Assembly: GCA_034660095.1 (NCBI GenBank)
Contig: JAYEIM010000221.1
Location: 853-64,852 of the forward strand
Length of the DNA stretch: 64,000 nt
Direction of reading: 5' to 3'
Origin: Campylobacterota bacterium
GTDB lineage: Bacteria; Campylobacterota; Campylobacteria; Campylobacterales; Arcobacteraceae
Shown here piece after piece: positions 39,896 through 50,204 of the stretch. Numbering within the stretch: the stretch's first letter is position 1; each line of letters begins with the position of its first letter. The translations under genes and the position numbers were made by a program. Below the pieces are notes generated by a model, which was not told where the DNA came from, did no database searches, and worked only from the letters and a program-made list of their open reading frames with translations.

Positions 39896-40192
39896 ATGTT
39901 TGAACAAGAAGAAACAATAAAAATATTTAAAATAACATTCAAAGAGGTTTTAAGAAGATTATCTTCAGTAGAAAACTGTCCTAAAGAAAAGTTTGAACAA
40001 AAAGTGATAGAACAATTTGATGATTATAACTATGAAGGTGAAGAGGAACTTCAAGGTATAGAAAATTGGTGTGATATCTCTAATGACGGAGAGTATAAAC
40101 TAAATGTTGGTATTGATCATGAAGATGCTTACGAATTTACATTATATGTAAGAGTAAAAGATAAAAAAGCAACTATATTTAATGTACTTTAG
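39896..40192 (+). CDS. Small acidic hypothetical protein
   Basis: 98-aa ORF with AAGGA RBS. Confidence 0.7.
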   Translation: MFEQEETIKIFKITFKEVLRRLSSVENCPKEKFEQKVIEQFDDYNYEGEEELQGIENWCDISNDGEYKLNVGIDHEDAYEFTLYVRVKDKKATIFNVL

Positions 40193-42005
40193 TATCATCT
40201 ATTTCAAGATAATTAAGTTTTAATAAAATCTTAGTTATCTCTTTAAAAACTGGTACTGCTGAGTGTGATGCATAATAATAATACCAATATTTACCACGAT
40301 TTACAGGGTCATTTACAGTTACACCAATAGTATATTTTTTATTTTTGTCATTTACAAATCCAAAAAAACTACTCATATATTTTCTTTGATATTTACCCTT
40401 TTCAACAACATTTGCTGTTCCAGTTTTTCCACCTATCTCTAGACCATCTATTTTTGTTTTTTTTCCTGTTCCAACTTGAACAGTTTTTATTAACATCTTT
40501 TTCATTTTATTTGCTGTTTGTTTACTGATAACATCAACAAAAGGGACATTTTTATTTTGTTCTACAATATATGGAGTTACCATTTTTCCATCATTATTAA
40601 ATACACTATATGCTTTTAAAACTTGCATAAAGGTAGCAGTTATACCTTGTCCATAAGAATCAGTAGTTTTATAGATATTGTCCTCGTTTTTATCTTCACC
40701 TGCTTTATAGTGATAAAGTTTATGTATTTGCCCTCTTGCTTCATGTGGAAGATCTATACCTGTTTTTTTTGATAAGCCAAATAGTTTATATCCATCATAA
40801 AACTCTTGAGCACTTAATCTATTTGCAATTACTAGTGTTCCAATATTACTAGAGTATATAACAATATCTTCTAGTGTTAAATAATGTTTTTTAAACTGAT
40901 GATCATCATTTATAGTATGTCTTTTTATTTTATATTTACCCTTTGGATATTCACCTTTTTTATTTTTTTTACCCTCATTGTATGCAAAAAATAATTCATT
41001 TGGTTTTATTAAATTTTTATCCATTGCCAATGAGATCGATAATGGTTTTATTACTGAACCAGGTTCAAAGTTATATTCAATCGCATTTATACTTAAATTT
41101 TCTATCTCGTTTTGTTTTATATCTACAGGGTTAAATCTATTTGAACTAGCAAGAGAGAGTATTTTTCCTGTATCACTTTCCATAATTGATACAATAATCT
41201 CTTTTGCCTCAAATTTTTCTTTATATCTATCTAGCATCAATTCAATATTTCGTTGCAATTTTAAAGGTATTGACAACCTAATATCTTCACCATCTCTTCT
41301 TTTAATGATTTTTGAGTCTTTGTTAAATATTATGTAAGATAAAATATCTTTTTCACCTTTTAAAACACCATCTTGAAGATTATTTAGTTTACTGTTAAAA
41401 TATTTTTCTAATCCATTTATCCCATTTACTCTTTGTTTACCACTTTTAGAGTTTGCAGTTTTCATAAAACCAATAACGGGAGTTAATGTATCTTCATATG
41501 GATATAATCTTTGCTCACCAGTTTCATAAATATCTAATCCATGAAGAAGTGTTCTCCCATTTACTTTTATAGATTTAAATACATTTAATCGTCTTAATTT
41601 AAATGCCAATGACTTTAACTCTTTTGCAACTCTTTGATTTATAGTTCTTGAGATAATTATATAACCTGATTTTTTTGATATTTTTTTTCTTATCTCATTT
41701 GTTGAGATATTGCTATATATTGAAAACAGTGTTATAAAAAGTTCTTTTTTCTCTTCATCTAAACATCTTACATCAATAGAGGCAGAAAATATTTTTTGAG
41801 ATGTTCCTATCTTAAAATTATCACTACTATAAATATTTCCTCTAACAGCTAAATCTTTTTTAGTAGTCATTAAAGAGGGTAAGTCTCTACTACTTGTAAT
41901 TGTATTTCCAACAGAAGATATTAATATTAAAAATGTAATTATTATTAATACTATCAAAATTAATATTTTTTTCATTATTGGTAATTGCTGGGCTTTTAGA
42001 GACAT
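40179..42005 (-). CDS. ftsI: Class B penicillin-binding protein (FtsI/PBP3-like)
   Basis: RGNIYS, FEPGSVIK (SxxK), SSN, GKTGT; divergent from ftsW. Confidence 0.88.
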   Translation of the reverse strand: MSLKAQQLPIMKKILILIVLIIITFLILISSVGNTITSSRDLPSLMTTKKDLAVRGNIYSSDNFKIGTSQKIFSASIDVRCLDEEKKELFITLFSIYSNISTNEIRKKISKKSGYIIISRTINQRVAKELKSLAFKLRRLNVFKSIKVNGRTLLHGLDIYETGEQRLYPYEDTLTPVIGFMKTANSKSGKQRVNGINGLEKYFNSKLNNLQDGVLKGEKDILSYIIFNKDSKIIKRRDGEDIRLSIPLKLQRNIELMLDRYKEKFEAKEIIVSIMESDTGKILSLASSNRFNPVDIKQNEIENLSINAIEYNFEPGSVIKPLSISLAMDKNLIKPNELFFAYNEGKKNKKGEYPKGKYKIKRHTINDDHQFKKHYLTLEDIVIYSSNIGTLVIANRLSAQEFYDGYKLFGLSKKTGIDLPHEARGQIHKLYHYKAGEDKNEDNIYKTTDSYGQGITATFMQVLKAYSVFNNDGKMVTPYIVEQNKNVPFVDVISKQTANKMKKMLIKTVQVGTGKKTKIDGLEIGGKTGTANVVEKGKYQRKYMSSFFGFVNDKNKKYTIGVTVNDPVNRGKYWYYYYASHSAVPVFKEITKILLKLNYLEIDDTKVH

Positions 42006-42046
42006 TTTTTATCCATAATTTTTAAAAAGTTCGGTATAATTCAATA

Positions 42047-43264
42047 ATGAATTCTATCAAAAATAAGATTAAATCACTAAGTGATAATAATGAACCAGAC
42101 TATATATTATTTTTCTTAAGTTCTGCCCTTATAATTATTAGTATCTTATTTTCATATTCATTATCAATTTACACTGTAGTTTATTGGGAATATGAGCAGT
42201 TCCATTTTTTTTATAGACAACTTTTTACAGGTGTATTAGCTATATTTATTATGTGGCTATTATCTCAAATAAAACCTGATCTATTAGTACCAAAAGCTGG
42301 CTGGTTTTTATTTGGTTTTTTCCTTTTTTTAATTGTAGCTATGCAATTCTTACCATCTTCTTTAGTAACAGAGTCTGGAGGAGCTAAAAGATGGATAAGA
42401 CTCCCTGGTATATCACTTTCCCCTGTAGAGTTTTTTAAAATAGGTTTTATCTATTATTTAGCGTGGTCATTTCATAGAAAACTAACAAATATAGCTAAAC
42501 AATCTTTTAAAGAGGAGTTAAAACTTCTAGCACCATATGCTATAGTATTTGGATTTATTGTTTTTATGATTGCAGTTTTACAAAAAGATTTAGGGCAAGT
42601 TGTACTACTTGCAACTATACTATTTATCATGCTTATATTTGCAAATCGTAGTTGGAAACTTTTTGCATCTCTTATTGCTATTGCAATTATTGGAATTTTA
42701 AGTTTAATACTTCTATTTCCACATAGAATTACAAGAATACAAAGTTGGTGGAGTATGGTGCAAGATAGTGTATTGTCAATTATGCCTGAGTTTATTGCTA
42801 TATCTCTACGAATTAAAGATTTTCCAGAACCATATCAAGTTGGACACTCTTTAAATGCTATACATAATGGTGGTTTTTTAGGTGCAGGACTTGGAAATGG
42901 TTCATTAAAACTTGGTTTCTTAAGTGAAGTACATACAGACTTTGTACTTGCTGGTATTACTGAAGAGATTGGTTTTATTGGGTTTATTATCATTGTATTG
43001 ATACTTTTTGCTATTATATTTAGAATTTTTAGAACAAGTAGAAGAATTGTAGATACTAAATATCATCTATTTAGTTTAGGTATAGGTGTTATGATAAGTG
43101 TTGCATTTTTGATAAATTCTTATGGTATATCTGGAATTATTCCTATAAAAGGTATAGCTGTTCCATTTTTAAGTTATGGGGGAAGTTCACTGCTTAGTAT
43201 CTCTATTGCGATTGGATTAATATTGTCTATAAGTAGAGATATTCCAAGAACAAAAAGTAACTAA
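42047..43264 (+). CDS. ftsW: SEDS family peptidoglycan polymerase FtsW
   Basis: GAKRWI, PVEFFK, QKDLG, LSEVHTDF, PFLSYGGSS. Confidence 0.9.
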   Translation: MNSIKNKIKSLSDNNEPDYILFFLSSALIIISILFSYSLSIYTVVYWEYEQFHFFYRQLFTGVLAIFIMWLLSQIKPDLLVPKAGWFLFGFFLFLIVAMQFLPSSLVTESGGAKRWIRLPGISLSPVEFFKIGFIYYLAWSFHRKLTNIAKQSFKEELKLLAPYAIVFGFIVFMIAVLQKDLGQVVLLATILFIMLIFANRSWKLFASLIAIAIIGILSLILLFPHRITRIQSWWSMVQDSVLSIMPEFIAISLRIKDFPEPYQVGHSLNAIHNGGFLGAGLGNGSLKLGFLSEVHTDFVLAGITEEIGFIGFIIIVLILFAIIFRIFRTSRRIVDTKYHLFSLGIGVMISVAFLINSYGISGIIPIKGIAVPFLSYGGSSLLSISIAIGLILSISRDIPRTKSN

Positions 43265-43923
43265 GCCTTTAAGATATCTGCCTCTATAAGATAGCCCTCT
43301 TTTGGTTTAGTGATAATTATATTAATTGGTAATTTCTTTCTAAGTTCTGCTACAAGTTGTCTTAATGGATAAACATCTTTAATCTCATTTTCCCAAACAT
43401 AGTCATATATAGAACTGCTTTTAACAACTTTACCTATATTTTTAATAAGTAAATAACAAAATCTTTTCTCTTTGTATCTTAACTCAATCAATTCATCTTT
43501 GTGATAAAAACTATTTTCATCTAAATTGTGATAAAAATCGTTTGCAAAAGTTATCTGTTTATCTTTTTGTTTATTGATAATGTTTTTTACCCTTATCTCT
43601 AACTCTTCAAGAAAAAATGGTTTTTTCATATATTCATTGCATCCATATTTATATGCTTTTTGAATATCTTCTAATTCATGAGAATTAGTTATAACTAAAA
43701 TAGGTGTGTCTATATCTGTTGATCTTATATATTTAACAATATCAAGACCATTCATACTAGGTAAGTTAATATCAATAATATACATATCAAATATATTGTT
43801 ATCAATTTTTTCTATGGCACTTATTCCATCATAAACAGCTTCAATTGTATTTTGATTTTTACTACAAAATTCTGCTATCTCATTGCTAAATATTTTATCA
43901 TCTTCTATTATTAAAATTTTCAT
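43261..43923 (-). CDS. OmpR-family response regulator
   Basis: ILIIEDD, IDINLP, KPF, winged-helix C-terminus LRKKL...EGY. Confidence 0.9.
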   Translation of the reverse strand: MKILIIEDDKIFSNEIAEFCSKNQNTIEAVYDGISAIEKIDNNIFDMYIIDINLPSMNGLDIVKYIRSTDIDTPILVITNSHELEDIQKAYKYGCNEYMKKPFFLEELEIRVKNIINKQKDKQITFANDFYHNLDENSFYHKDELIELRYKEKRFCYLLIKNIGKVVKSSSIYDYVWENEIKDVYPLRQLVAELRKKLPINIIITKPKEGYLIEADILKA

Positions 43924-43974
43924 GGAACAATTATAGTATAAGGTATGTATTGTTTGTGTAAGTTTTTATTTTTT

Positions 43975-44013
43975 TTAGTGTAAATTAACATTATTTTTAC
44001 TAATTTACACTAA
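43975..44013. repeat. 13-bp perfect inverted repeat, operator-like
   Basis: TTAGTGTAAATTA-13 nt-TAATTTACACTAA with no downstream U tract on either strand. Confidence 0.65.
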
Positions 44014-44070
44014 GAAATTAAGATATGGTCTGAAAAAAAAATTTATATTTAAATAATTATTAAATATATT

Positions 44071-44442
44071 TTAAGCTAAAAGCTTATTTATAACCTCTTC
44101 AAGTTTATCAACTTTTAATGGCTTCAACACATAGTTTTTAGCACCAGCTTTTATAGCTTTTATCACTTTATCTTGTTCTCCATGTGAAGTAACCATAACA
44201 ATTTTAGCATCAGGATCATAAGCAAGTATACCTTTTACTGCATCTATACCATCGTTTATTTGATTGTCTGGTGGCATTGTGATATCCATTGTTACGATAT
44301 CTGGCTTAAATAATTTGTATGCTTCAATGCCTTCATAACCTGTACCACCTTCACCTGTAATAGTATGTCCTAAACTCATTAACATTTTTTTAATATTTGC
44401 TCTCATAATCTTTGCATCATCAACTACTAATATTTTTGCCAT
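44071..44442 (-). CDS. Single-domain CheY-like response regulator
   Basis: ILVVDDA, TMDITMP, YVLKP; 123 aa. Confidence 0.9.
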   Translation of the reverse strand: MAKILVVDDAKIMRANIKKMLMSLGHTITGEGGTGYEGIEAYKLFKPDIVTMDITMPPDNQINDGIDAVKGILAYDPDAKIVMVTSHGEQDKVIKAIKAGAKNYVLKPLKVDKLEEVINKLLA

Positions 44443-44465
44443 AATTTTTCCTCTAATTTAATTTG

Positions 44466-44936
44466 TTATATAAAATAACTTAATATTATTACTTTATCAT
44501 TTGATTTCATTTTGCATAAAATCATTTTACCATTTTTCTTTTTTGTGATTGTTACAGAATTATGCATAGTATATGGTGTAGATATATCTATACTTGCACC
44601 ATTTTTTACAACATCTAAATCTTTTAAAATATTTCCCAAGGTAATATTTAGTGTTTCTGCAACATTTTCACTCGACAACTCTTCAAGTTCATCTTTATCC
44701 ATCTCTCCAAAAATAAACCCCTCTACCATACTATATGCAAGTTCACTAGATACACTCATCCCTATAGTTCCAGACATCCCATTACTCAAAGATATCAAGG
44801 TCGATATATCTAAATATTCAATACTATCAACCTCAGTTATTTCAAAACTTTCATCTATACTTAACTGTAACTCTTCTTTAAAGTAGCTAATTGTTCTATT
44901 TGCTAGTTTTGTTAAAATTTCACTTTTACTGTTCAT
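44466..44936 (-). CDS. cheX: CheX-family phosphatase
   Basis: ENVAETLNITLGN (ExxN) motif, DISTP. Confidence 0.85.
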   Translation of the reverse strand: MNSKSEILTKLANRTISYFKEELQLSIDESFEITEVDSIEYLDISTLISLSNGMSGTIGMSVSSELAYSMVEGFIFGEMDKDELEELSSENVAETLNITLGNILKDLDVVKNGASIDISTPYTMHNSVTITKKKNGKMILCKMKSNDKVIILSYFI

Positions 44937-46863
44937 TGTTATTTCCTATTGGAATTGAAAAGATAAACTCTATACCATTACCAAATCTATTCTTAGTTGT
45001 CATTTTGCCATTTATCTTATTTAATTCAGATAAAATAGAAGCCAATCCAACCCCTCTACCAGATAAAGTAGTAACACTTTCATTTGTACTAAAAGCATCT
45101 TGAAATATAATTTCAACTATATCATGTTCGCTCATATTTGATAATTGGTCTTGAGTATAAATCTCTTTTTCTAAAGCTAAAGACTTAATCTTTTCTACAT
45201 CTACCCCTGCCCCATCATCATCAATTTTTATAGTTAAAATATCATTTTCTTTTTTGATATCACAAGTTATAGTTCCATTCTCATCTTTCTCTTTTTCATA
45301 CCTTGTTTCTAAATCTTCTATCCCATGATCCATACTATTTCTAAAAATATGTACTAGTGTATTTAAAAATGGCACATATTTTTCGCTTAAATATATATCC
45401 TCTATATCTAATACCAATTTATTCATAGGTTTTTCTAATTGTTGAGATAACTGTTCAACTAACTTTTCATATGGTTTAAAAAATATTTTAATATTACTAT
45501 ATTTTAATTCTCTAATTTCATCCATTATTATTGTTTTATATCTGTTATTTTCCAAGTGTTTTGATATATTTTTATAAAGATTGTCAATTCTTTGTGTATT
45601 GATTGAGATATAACTAGATTTAGAGAAATAATTTTTTCCTAAAATATTTTGAACTATTGATAAGTCTAGTTCTAGCCATGAGAACATCTCTTTGGTGGTT
45701 AACTCTTTAATTATATCATCTAAAATATTCTTTTTTAAACTTGCATCAATTACTGTCTCAAATTCATGTAGTTTTGTGACAACATGCAACATCTCTTTTT
45801 GAGCAAATAAACCTTTATATGTATGAATTTCTCTTCTTAAGTTTGGCAATAACTCTAAAGATTTAAAATCATCAATTTTATCAATAAACTTTTCATAATC
45901 TGATTTTAGCTCCATAAACTGCTCTTTTGTTGTAACAATTTCTATCACCATTTTTAAAACTTGTTGTTCATCTTTTATCTTTTGTGCCAAATCTTTTTTT
46001 GTGGTTATATCAGTAAGTATCATCATAAATGTTTTGCTATTTAAAACTTTATATTCAACCTCTATAAATTTATCATTTATTTTAAATTCTTTTTCTAAAA
46101 GAGATATTAAAATCTCTTGAGTCATATCATCTTCAGTTAAAATATCTTTTAATGTTTCACTATTTTGGGATTGTTTATCATTGTCATCTGGATACAATAA
46201 AGATACGATATTTTCATCTACTATCTCTTTTTCAAAAATTCGTATTGCCTCTTTAGAATACTCTGCACCAATTTTCATATCTTTATCAAAATATAAAAAT
46301 CCCTGACCTGCATTGTTCAATAACTCTTTAATTTGATTATTTGAATTTAATAAATCTTTTTCATTCTTTTCAAGAATACTTACAAAATAATTAGATATTT
46401 GTGCTATAAATAGTATACCAATAGTAATATTTGCCATTGTTGAGGATGGAAAACCTAAAGAAAACAATGTATTTATAAGAAATAAAATTATTATAGAGGT
46501 TATAGCAACAATATGACCAACTTTTCTACCACCAACATAGTATCCAATCATAATTGTAAAGAAATACCACATAACTCTTATCTCGCTTGTAGGATAGATA
46601 ATCATAGTTATACTAAAGACTACAAGTGCTAGTGCTAATACTGTATATGCAATTTTTATATTAAACTCTTTTGATTTTTGAATAACAAACAATAGTATAA
46701 TATTACAAATAGCATATACAATCATCAATGGAGCTCTATATTCTATATGCGCAGTGATACCAAATATCTCTGTTATTGCTAATAGTGATGAGTATATTAA
46801 ACTTAAAACTATAACCAATTTTACAAGTTTTATTTTTTTTTCATTTATAATATTGTGTTTCAA
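44926..46863 (-). CDS. Membrane-bound CheA-like histidine kinase (about 5 TM, PAS-like, Hpt, HATPase; no CheW domain)
   Basis: REIHTYKG Hpt, LVHIFRNSMDHGIE, DDGAG, FST...SGRGVGL; protein ends right after the ATPase domain. Confidence 0.85.
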   Translation of the reverse strand: MKHNIINEKKIKLVKLVIVLSLIYSSLLAITEIFGITAHIEYRAPLMIVYAICNIILLFVIQKSKEFNIKIAYTVLALALVVFSITMIIYPTSEIRVMWYFFTIMIGYYVGGRKVGHIVAITSIIILFLINTLFSLGFPSSTMANITIGILFIAQISNYFVSILEKNEKDLLNSNNQIKELLNNAGQGFLYFDKDMKIGAEYSKEAIRIFEKEIVDENIVSLLYPDDNDKQSQNSETLKDILTEDDMTQEILISLLEKEFKINDKFIEVEYKVLNSKTFMMILTDITTKKDLAQKIKDEQQVLKMVIEIVTTKEQFMELKSDYEKFIDKIDDFKSLELLPNLRREIHTYKGLFAQKEMLHVVTKLHEFETVIDASLKKNILDDIIKELTTKEMFSWLELDLSIVQNILGKNYFSKSSYISINTQRIDNLYKNISKHLENNRYKTIIMDEIRELKYSNIKIFFKPYEKLVEQLSQQLEKPMNKLVLDIEDIYLSEKYVPFLNTLVHIFRNSMDHGIEDLETRYEKEKDENGTITCDIKKENDILTIKIDDDGAGVDVEKIKSLALEKEIYTQDQLSNMSEHDIVEIIFQDAFSTNESVTTLSGRGVGLASILSELNKINGKMTTKNRFGNGIEFIFSIPIGNNNEQ

Positions 46864-46933
46864 AATAATACCCCTTATATTTATAAATAATATACTTTCA
46901 TAGTAACAAAAATATTATTAATATAAAATCAAA

Positions 46934-47278
46934 CTATAGTGTAATATTTTCAAGATATTCCAACTCTTCTCCTGCAAAAATAATTGCATCAACACAATAA
47001 GCTACATCTAAATTCTTATGTTTTAAGTATAGATCAATACTTCTATAAAGTTTGTAAAGTTTTTGTTGCGTTATATTATAAACTGCTTCAAAACTATCTC
47101 CACTTTTCACCTCTACAAAATGATACACATCATCTTTTGTAGCAATAATATCTATCTCACCTAGTTTTTTTGCATAATAGTTTTGTTCAACTATTTCAAA
47201 TCCAGAATCAATTAAAAAATCAACTGCTTTAGATTCAAAATAATCACCCTTATTTTTTGTAGTTATTTTAGTATTCAT
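46934..47278 (-). CDS. YraN family (UPF0102) endonuclease-like protein
   Basis: KG...E, GEIDIIA, FVEVK. Confidence 0.88.
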   Translation of the reverse strand: MNTKITTKNKGDYFESKAVDFLIDSGFEIVEQNYYAKKLGEIDIIATKDDVYHFVEVKSGDSFEAVYNITQQKLYKLYRSIDLYLKHKNLDVAYCVDAIIFAGEELEYLENITL

Positions 47279-47318
47279 TTGTTAAAATGGTATCTAAATT
47301 TAAATTATAGGGATATTT

Positions 47319-48026
47319 GTGGATTTTGCTTTTATATTGAAAAAAATTATATCATCTATGATTATGCCTCTACCATTGGCTCTAATATTGGCACTAATTG
47401 GATTAATATTACTATATAGAGATAATTATAAAAAAGCAAAACTATTTTTAACTATTAGTTTTTTATGGGTAACTATTATAGCTTACAATCCATTTTCAAA
47501 TTTACTGATATCTCCACTTGAAACAACATACAAAAAACTTGAAATTATTCCACAAGATATAAATTATATCTTACTTTTAGGTGGAGATATGGAAAATCGT
47601 GGCTGGGAGGTTTTAAGGCTACATCATAATTTACCAAATGCAAAAATCATAACTTCTGGCTACGCAGGGGCAGGAGATATTCCAGAAGCTATAATAAATG
47701 CAAATATTTTATATAATATTGGGATACCTAAATCTTCTATAATAATTCATGATAAACCAAAAGATACAAAAGAGGAGACAATAGAAGTAAAAAAACTTTT
47801 AGGCAAAGAAAAATTTATACTTATAACATCTGCATATCATATGCCAAGAGCCATAGCACTATTTAAAAAAGAGGGACTAACTCCCATTGCTGCACCAACA
47901 GATTTTAAGATTAAATATGATGATAAGTTTTTATCTCCTCCTGCTGGTAATAATATCAAACAATCAGAGATAGCTTGGCATGAATATATTGGACTTTTAT
48001 GGTCAAAATTAAGAGGTCAAATATGA
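47319..48026 (+). CDS. YdcF/ElyC (DUF218) family membrane protein
   Basis: LLGG, DTKEE, LITSAYHMPRA, PTDF, HEYIG. Confidence 0.87.
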   Translation: MDFAFILKKIISSMIMPLPLALILALIGLILLYRDNYKKAKLFLTISFLWVTIIAYNPFSNLLISPLETTYKKLEIIPQDINYILLLGGDMENRGWEVLRLHHNLPNAKIITSGYAGAGDIPEAIINANILYNIGIPKSSIIIHDKPKDTKEETIEVKKLLGKEKFILITSAYHMPRAIALFKKEGLTPIAAPTDFKIKYDDKFLSPPAGNNIKQSEIAWHEYIGLLWSKLRGQI

Positions 48027-48718
48027 ATAAAGTTGAAAATGAATTCTCAAAACATGCAAATGAATACAATAGTTACAATATAATACAGCAAATAGTATCA
48101 AAAGCACTAGTAAGAGAAATATCTTCTAAACCAAAAAGGATACTGGAGCTTGGTTGTGGTTCGGGGCAAGTATTTAAAAATATTGATTTTGACTTCGACC
48201 ACTATAAGGCGATAGATTTTTCGCAAACTATGTGCGATATTCATCCAAAAGAAAATAATCTTGATATATTTTGTTTAGATTTTGACAGTGTTGAGTTTTA
48301 TAATAATATAAAAAATGAAAGATATGATTTAGTTTTATCTTCATCTGCACTACAATGGTCACAAAACTTATCTAAAATAATATCAGCACTAAAAGATATA
48401 ACAGATGAGATAAATATGGTACTTTTTACATCTAATACATTTAAAACAATCTTTAAAATAAACAGTAAAATATCACCTATTTTAGATATTAAAACTATTA
48501 AAAATGGATTTGATAAAAGTTTTAAATGTAAATATGAAGTACTAAACTATAAGCTAGAGTTTGATGATAAAAAATCTTTATTTAATTATATTAAAAACTC
48601 TGGTGTAAGTGGAGATAGTAAACCTTTATCTTTTAAAGAAGCTAAAAACTTATATAAAAATTATAATTTAAATTATTTAGAATTTGAAGTTATATTTATA
48701 AAAGGTAAAAATTGTTAG
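48023..48718 (+). CDS. bioC: Malonyl-ACP O-methyltransferase-like SAM methyltransferase
   Basis: FSKHANEY...IQQ, ILELGCGSG, SSSALQW, IKNSGV; start ATG 48023. Confidence 0.75.
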   Translation: MNKVENEFSKHANEYNSYNIIQQIVSKALVREISSKPKRILELGCGSGQVFKNIDFDFDHYKAIDFSQTMCDIHPKENNLDIFCLDFDSVEFYNNIKNERYDLVLSSSALQWSQNLSKIISALKDITDEINMVLFTSNTFKTIFKINSKISPILDIKTIKNGFDKSFKCKYEVLNYKLEFDDKKSLFNYIKNSGVSGDSKPLSFKEAKNLYKNYNLNYLEFEVIFIKGKNC

Positions 48719-49776
48719 TACATATATGCTGTAGTGTAGATAGCCACTACTTCTTGCAAAAGATACAAGAAGAATATCCCAATGAAACTTTAGTTGGTTT
48801 TTTTTATGATCCAAATATACACCCATATAGTGAATATAAACTTAGACTAGAAGATGTTAAATATAGTTGCGATAAGTTAGGTATAAAGCTTATTGAAGGT
48901 GAATATGATTTGGAGACTTGGTTAAAGCTTACTAAAGGGTTAGAGCAAGAACCTGAAAAAGGTGATAGATGTACAGTTTGTTTTGATAGAAGACTTGAAG
49001 TAAGTATTAAAAAAGCTATAGAACTAGGTCATAATAAATTCACAACTACACTCTTAATCAGTCCAAAAAAATCACAAGAGAAACTACAAATAATAGGTGA
49101 TGATTTATCAAAAAAATATAATTGTGAATTTATATTCAAAGACTATAGATCTGGAAATGGCGTTGAGATTCAAGGTAAAGAGGTAAAAGAACATAATTTA
49201 TATAGACAAAACTATTGTGGCTGTTTATATGGATTAAATACACAAAGAGATACTCAAGATAAATTAGCTGATGAGTTGATGTTGCCAATAGGGCAACAAA
49301 TTCAACCAGAGTCAATAGAAGAGCGACTTAAACTTTACAAAAAGCGAAATGAATTAGAAAATTGTGATATTGTAAAACAGAGATTTTTAAACTACAGAAT
49401 ACTTAGTGGTAAAGTTACTGTAGATAAAATTATTATCCCCTCTTACTTCATATGCTATTCAACACTTAAAAATAATAAAACTCAAGGTAGAATAGAAAAA
49501 ATTATTAATAATATTGGATATTTAAATAGAGATGAAGTAAAAATTATCACATTAGAATATTTTAATACTTTATCAAGTAGGAATTATAAAAATACAATGG
49601 AACTTATCTATAATCCATTGAAATTTGAAGAAGAGTTAAAAATACGAGAGATATTAACCAATAATGGTTTTTATGATCTATCTACAATCTTAGTTTTAGA
49701 TGAGATTCCAAGTAATAAAATCAATATACAAAGCGATAGTAGAGTATTTGAAGATGTAAAAGAGGTAATTATTTAA
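48712..49776 (+). CDS. queH: Epoxyqueuosine reductase QueH (DUF208)
   Basis: LVHICCSVDS, PNIHPYSEY, RCTVCF, YRQNYCGC. Confidence 0.9.
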   Translation: MLVHICCSVDSHYFLQKIQEEYPNETLVGFFYDPNIHPYSEYKLRLEDVKYSCDKLGIKLIEGEYDLETWLKLTKGLEQEPEKGDRCTVCFDRRLEVSIKKAIELGHNKFTTTLLISPKKSQEKLQIIGDDLSKKYNCEFIFKDYRSGNGVEIQGKEVKEHNLYRQNYCGCLYGLNTQRDTQDKLADELMLPIGQQIQPESIEERLKLYKKRNELENCDIVKQRFLNYRILSGKVTVDKIIIPSYFICYSTLKNNKTQGRIEKIINNIGYLNRDEVKIITLEYFNTLSSRNYKNTMELIYNPLKFEEELKIREILTNNGFYDLSTILVLDEIPSNKINIQSDSRVFEDVKEVII

Positions 49777-49850
49777 GTACTAAAGCTTTTTTTAAGTACA
49801 TCTTAAGTATTATTCCACACTAAATTTTATATTACAAGGGATAAACAGCT

Positions 49851-50111
49851 ATGGCAAATCATAAACAAGCTGCAAAAAGAGCAAGACAAACTATCGTAAA
49901 AACTGAAAGAAATAGATTCTTCAAAGCAAGAATTAAAAATGTAACTAAAGCAGTTTTAGTAGCAATTGAAGCTAATGACAAAGAAACAGCAACAACGGCA
50001 ATGAAAGAGGCAAACAAATATTTACACCACTGTGTAAGTAAAAATATACTTAAAAAAGCTACTGCAGCTAGAAAAGTTGGTAGACTACAAGTTAAAGTTA
50101 ACGCTTTATAA
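49851..50111 (+). CDS. rpsT: 30S ribosomal protein S20
   Basis: MANHKQAAKRARQ...TAARKVGRL. Confidence 0.96.
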   Translation: MANHKQAAKRARQTIVKTERNRFFKARIKNVTKAVLVAIEANDKETATTAMKEANKYLHHCVSKNILKKATAARKVGRLQVKVNAL

Positions 50112-50204
50112 TCACTGCATTTTAAATTTTAAATCATCTAATATAATCTATTAGAGTGATTTAATATTCTACATATATAAACAAATTCACTACTAGGTAA
50201 TCTT

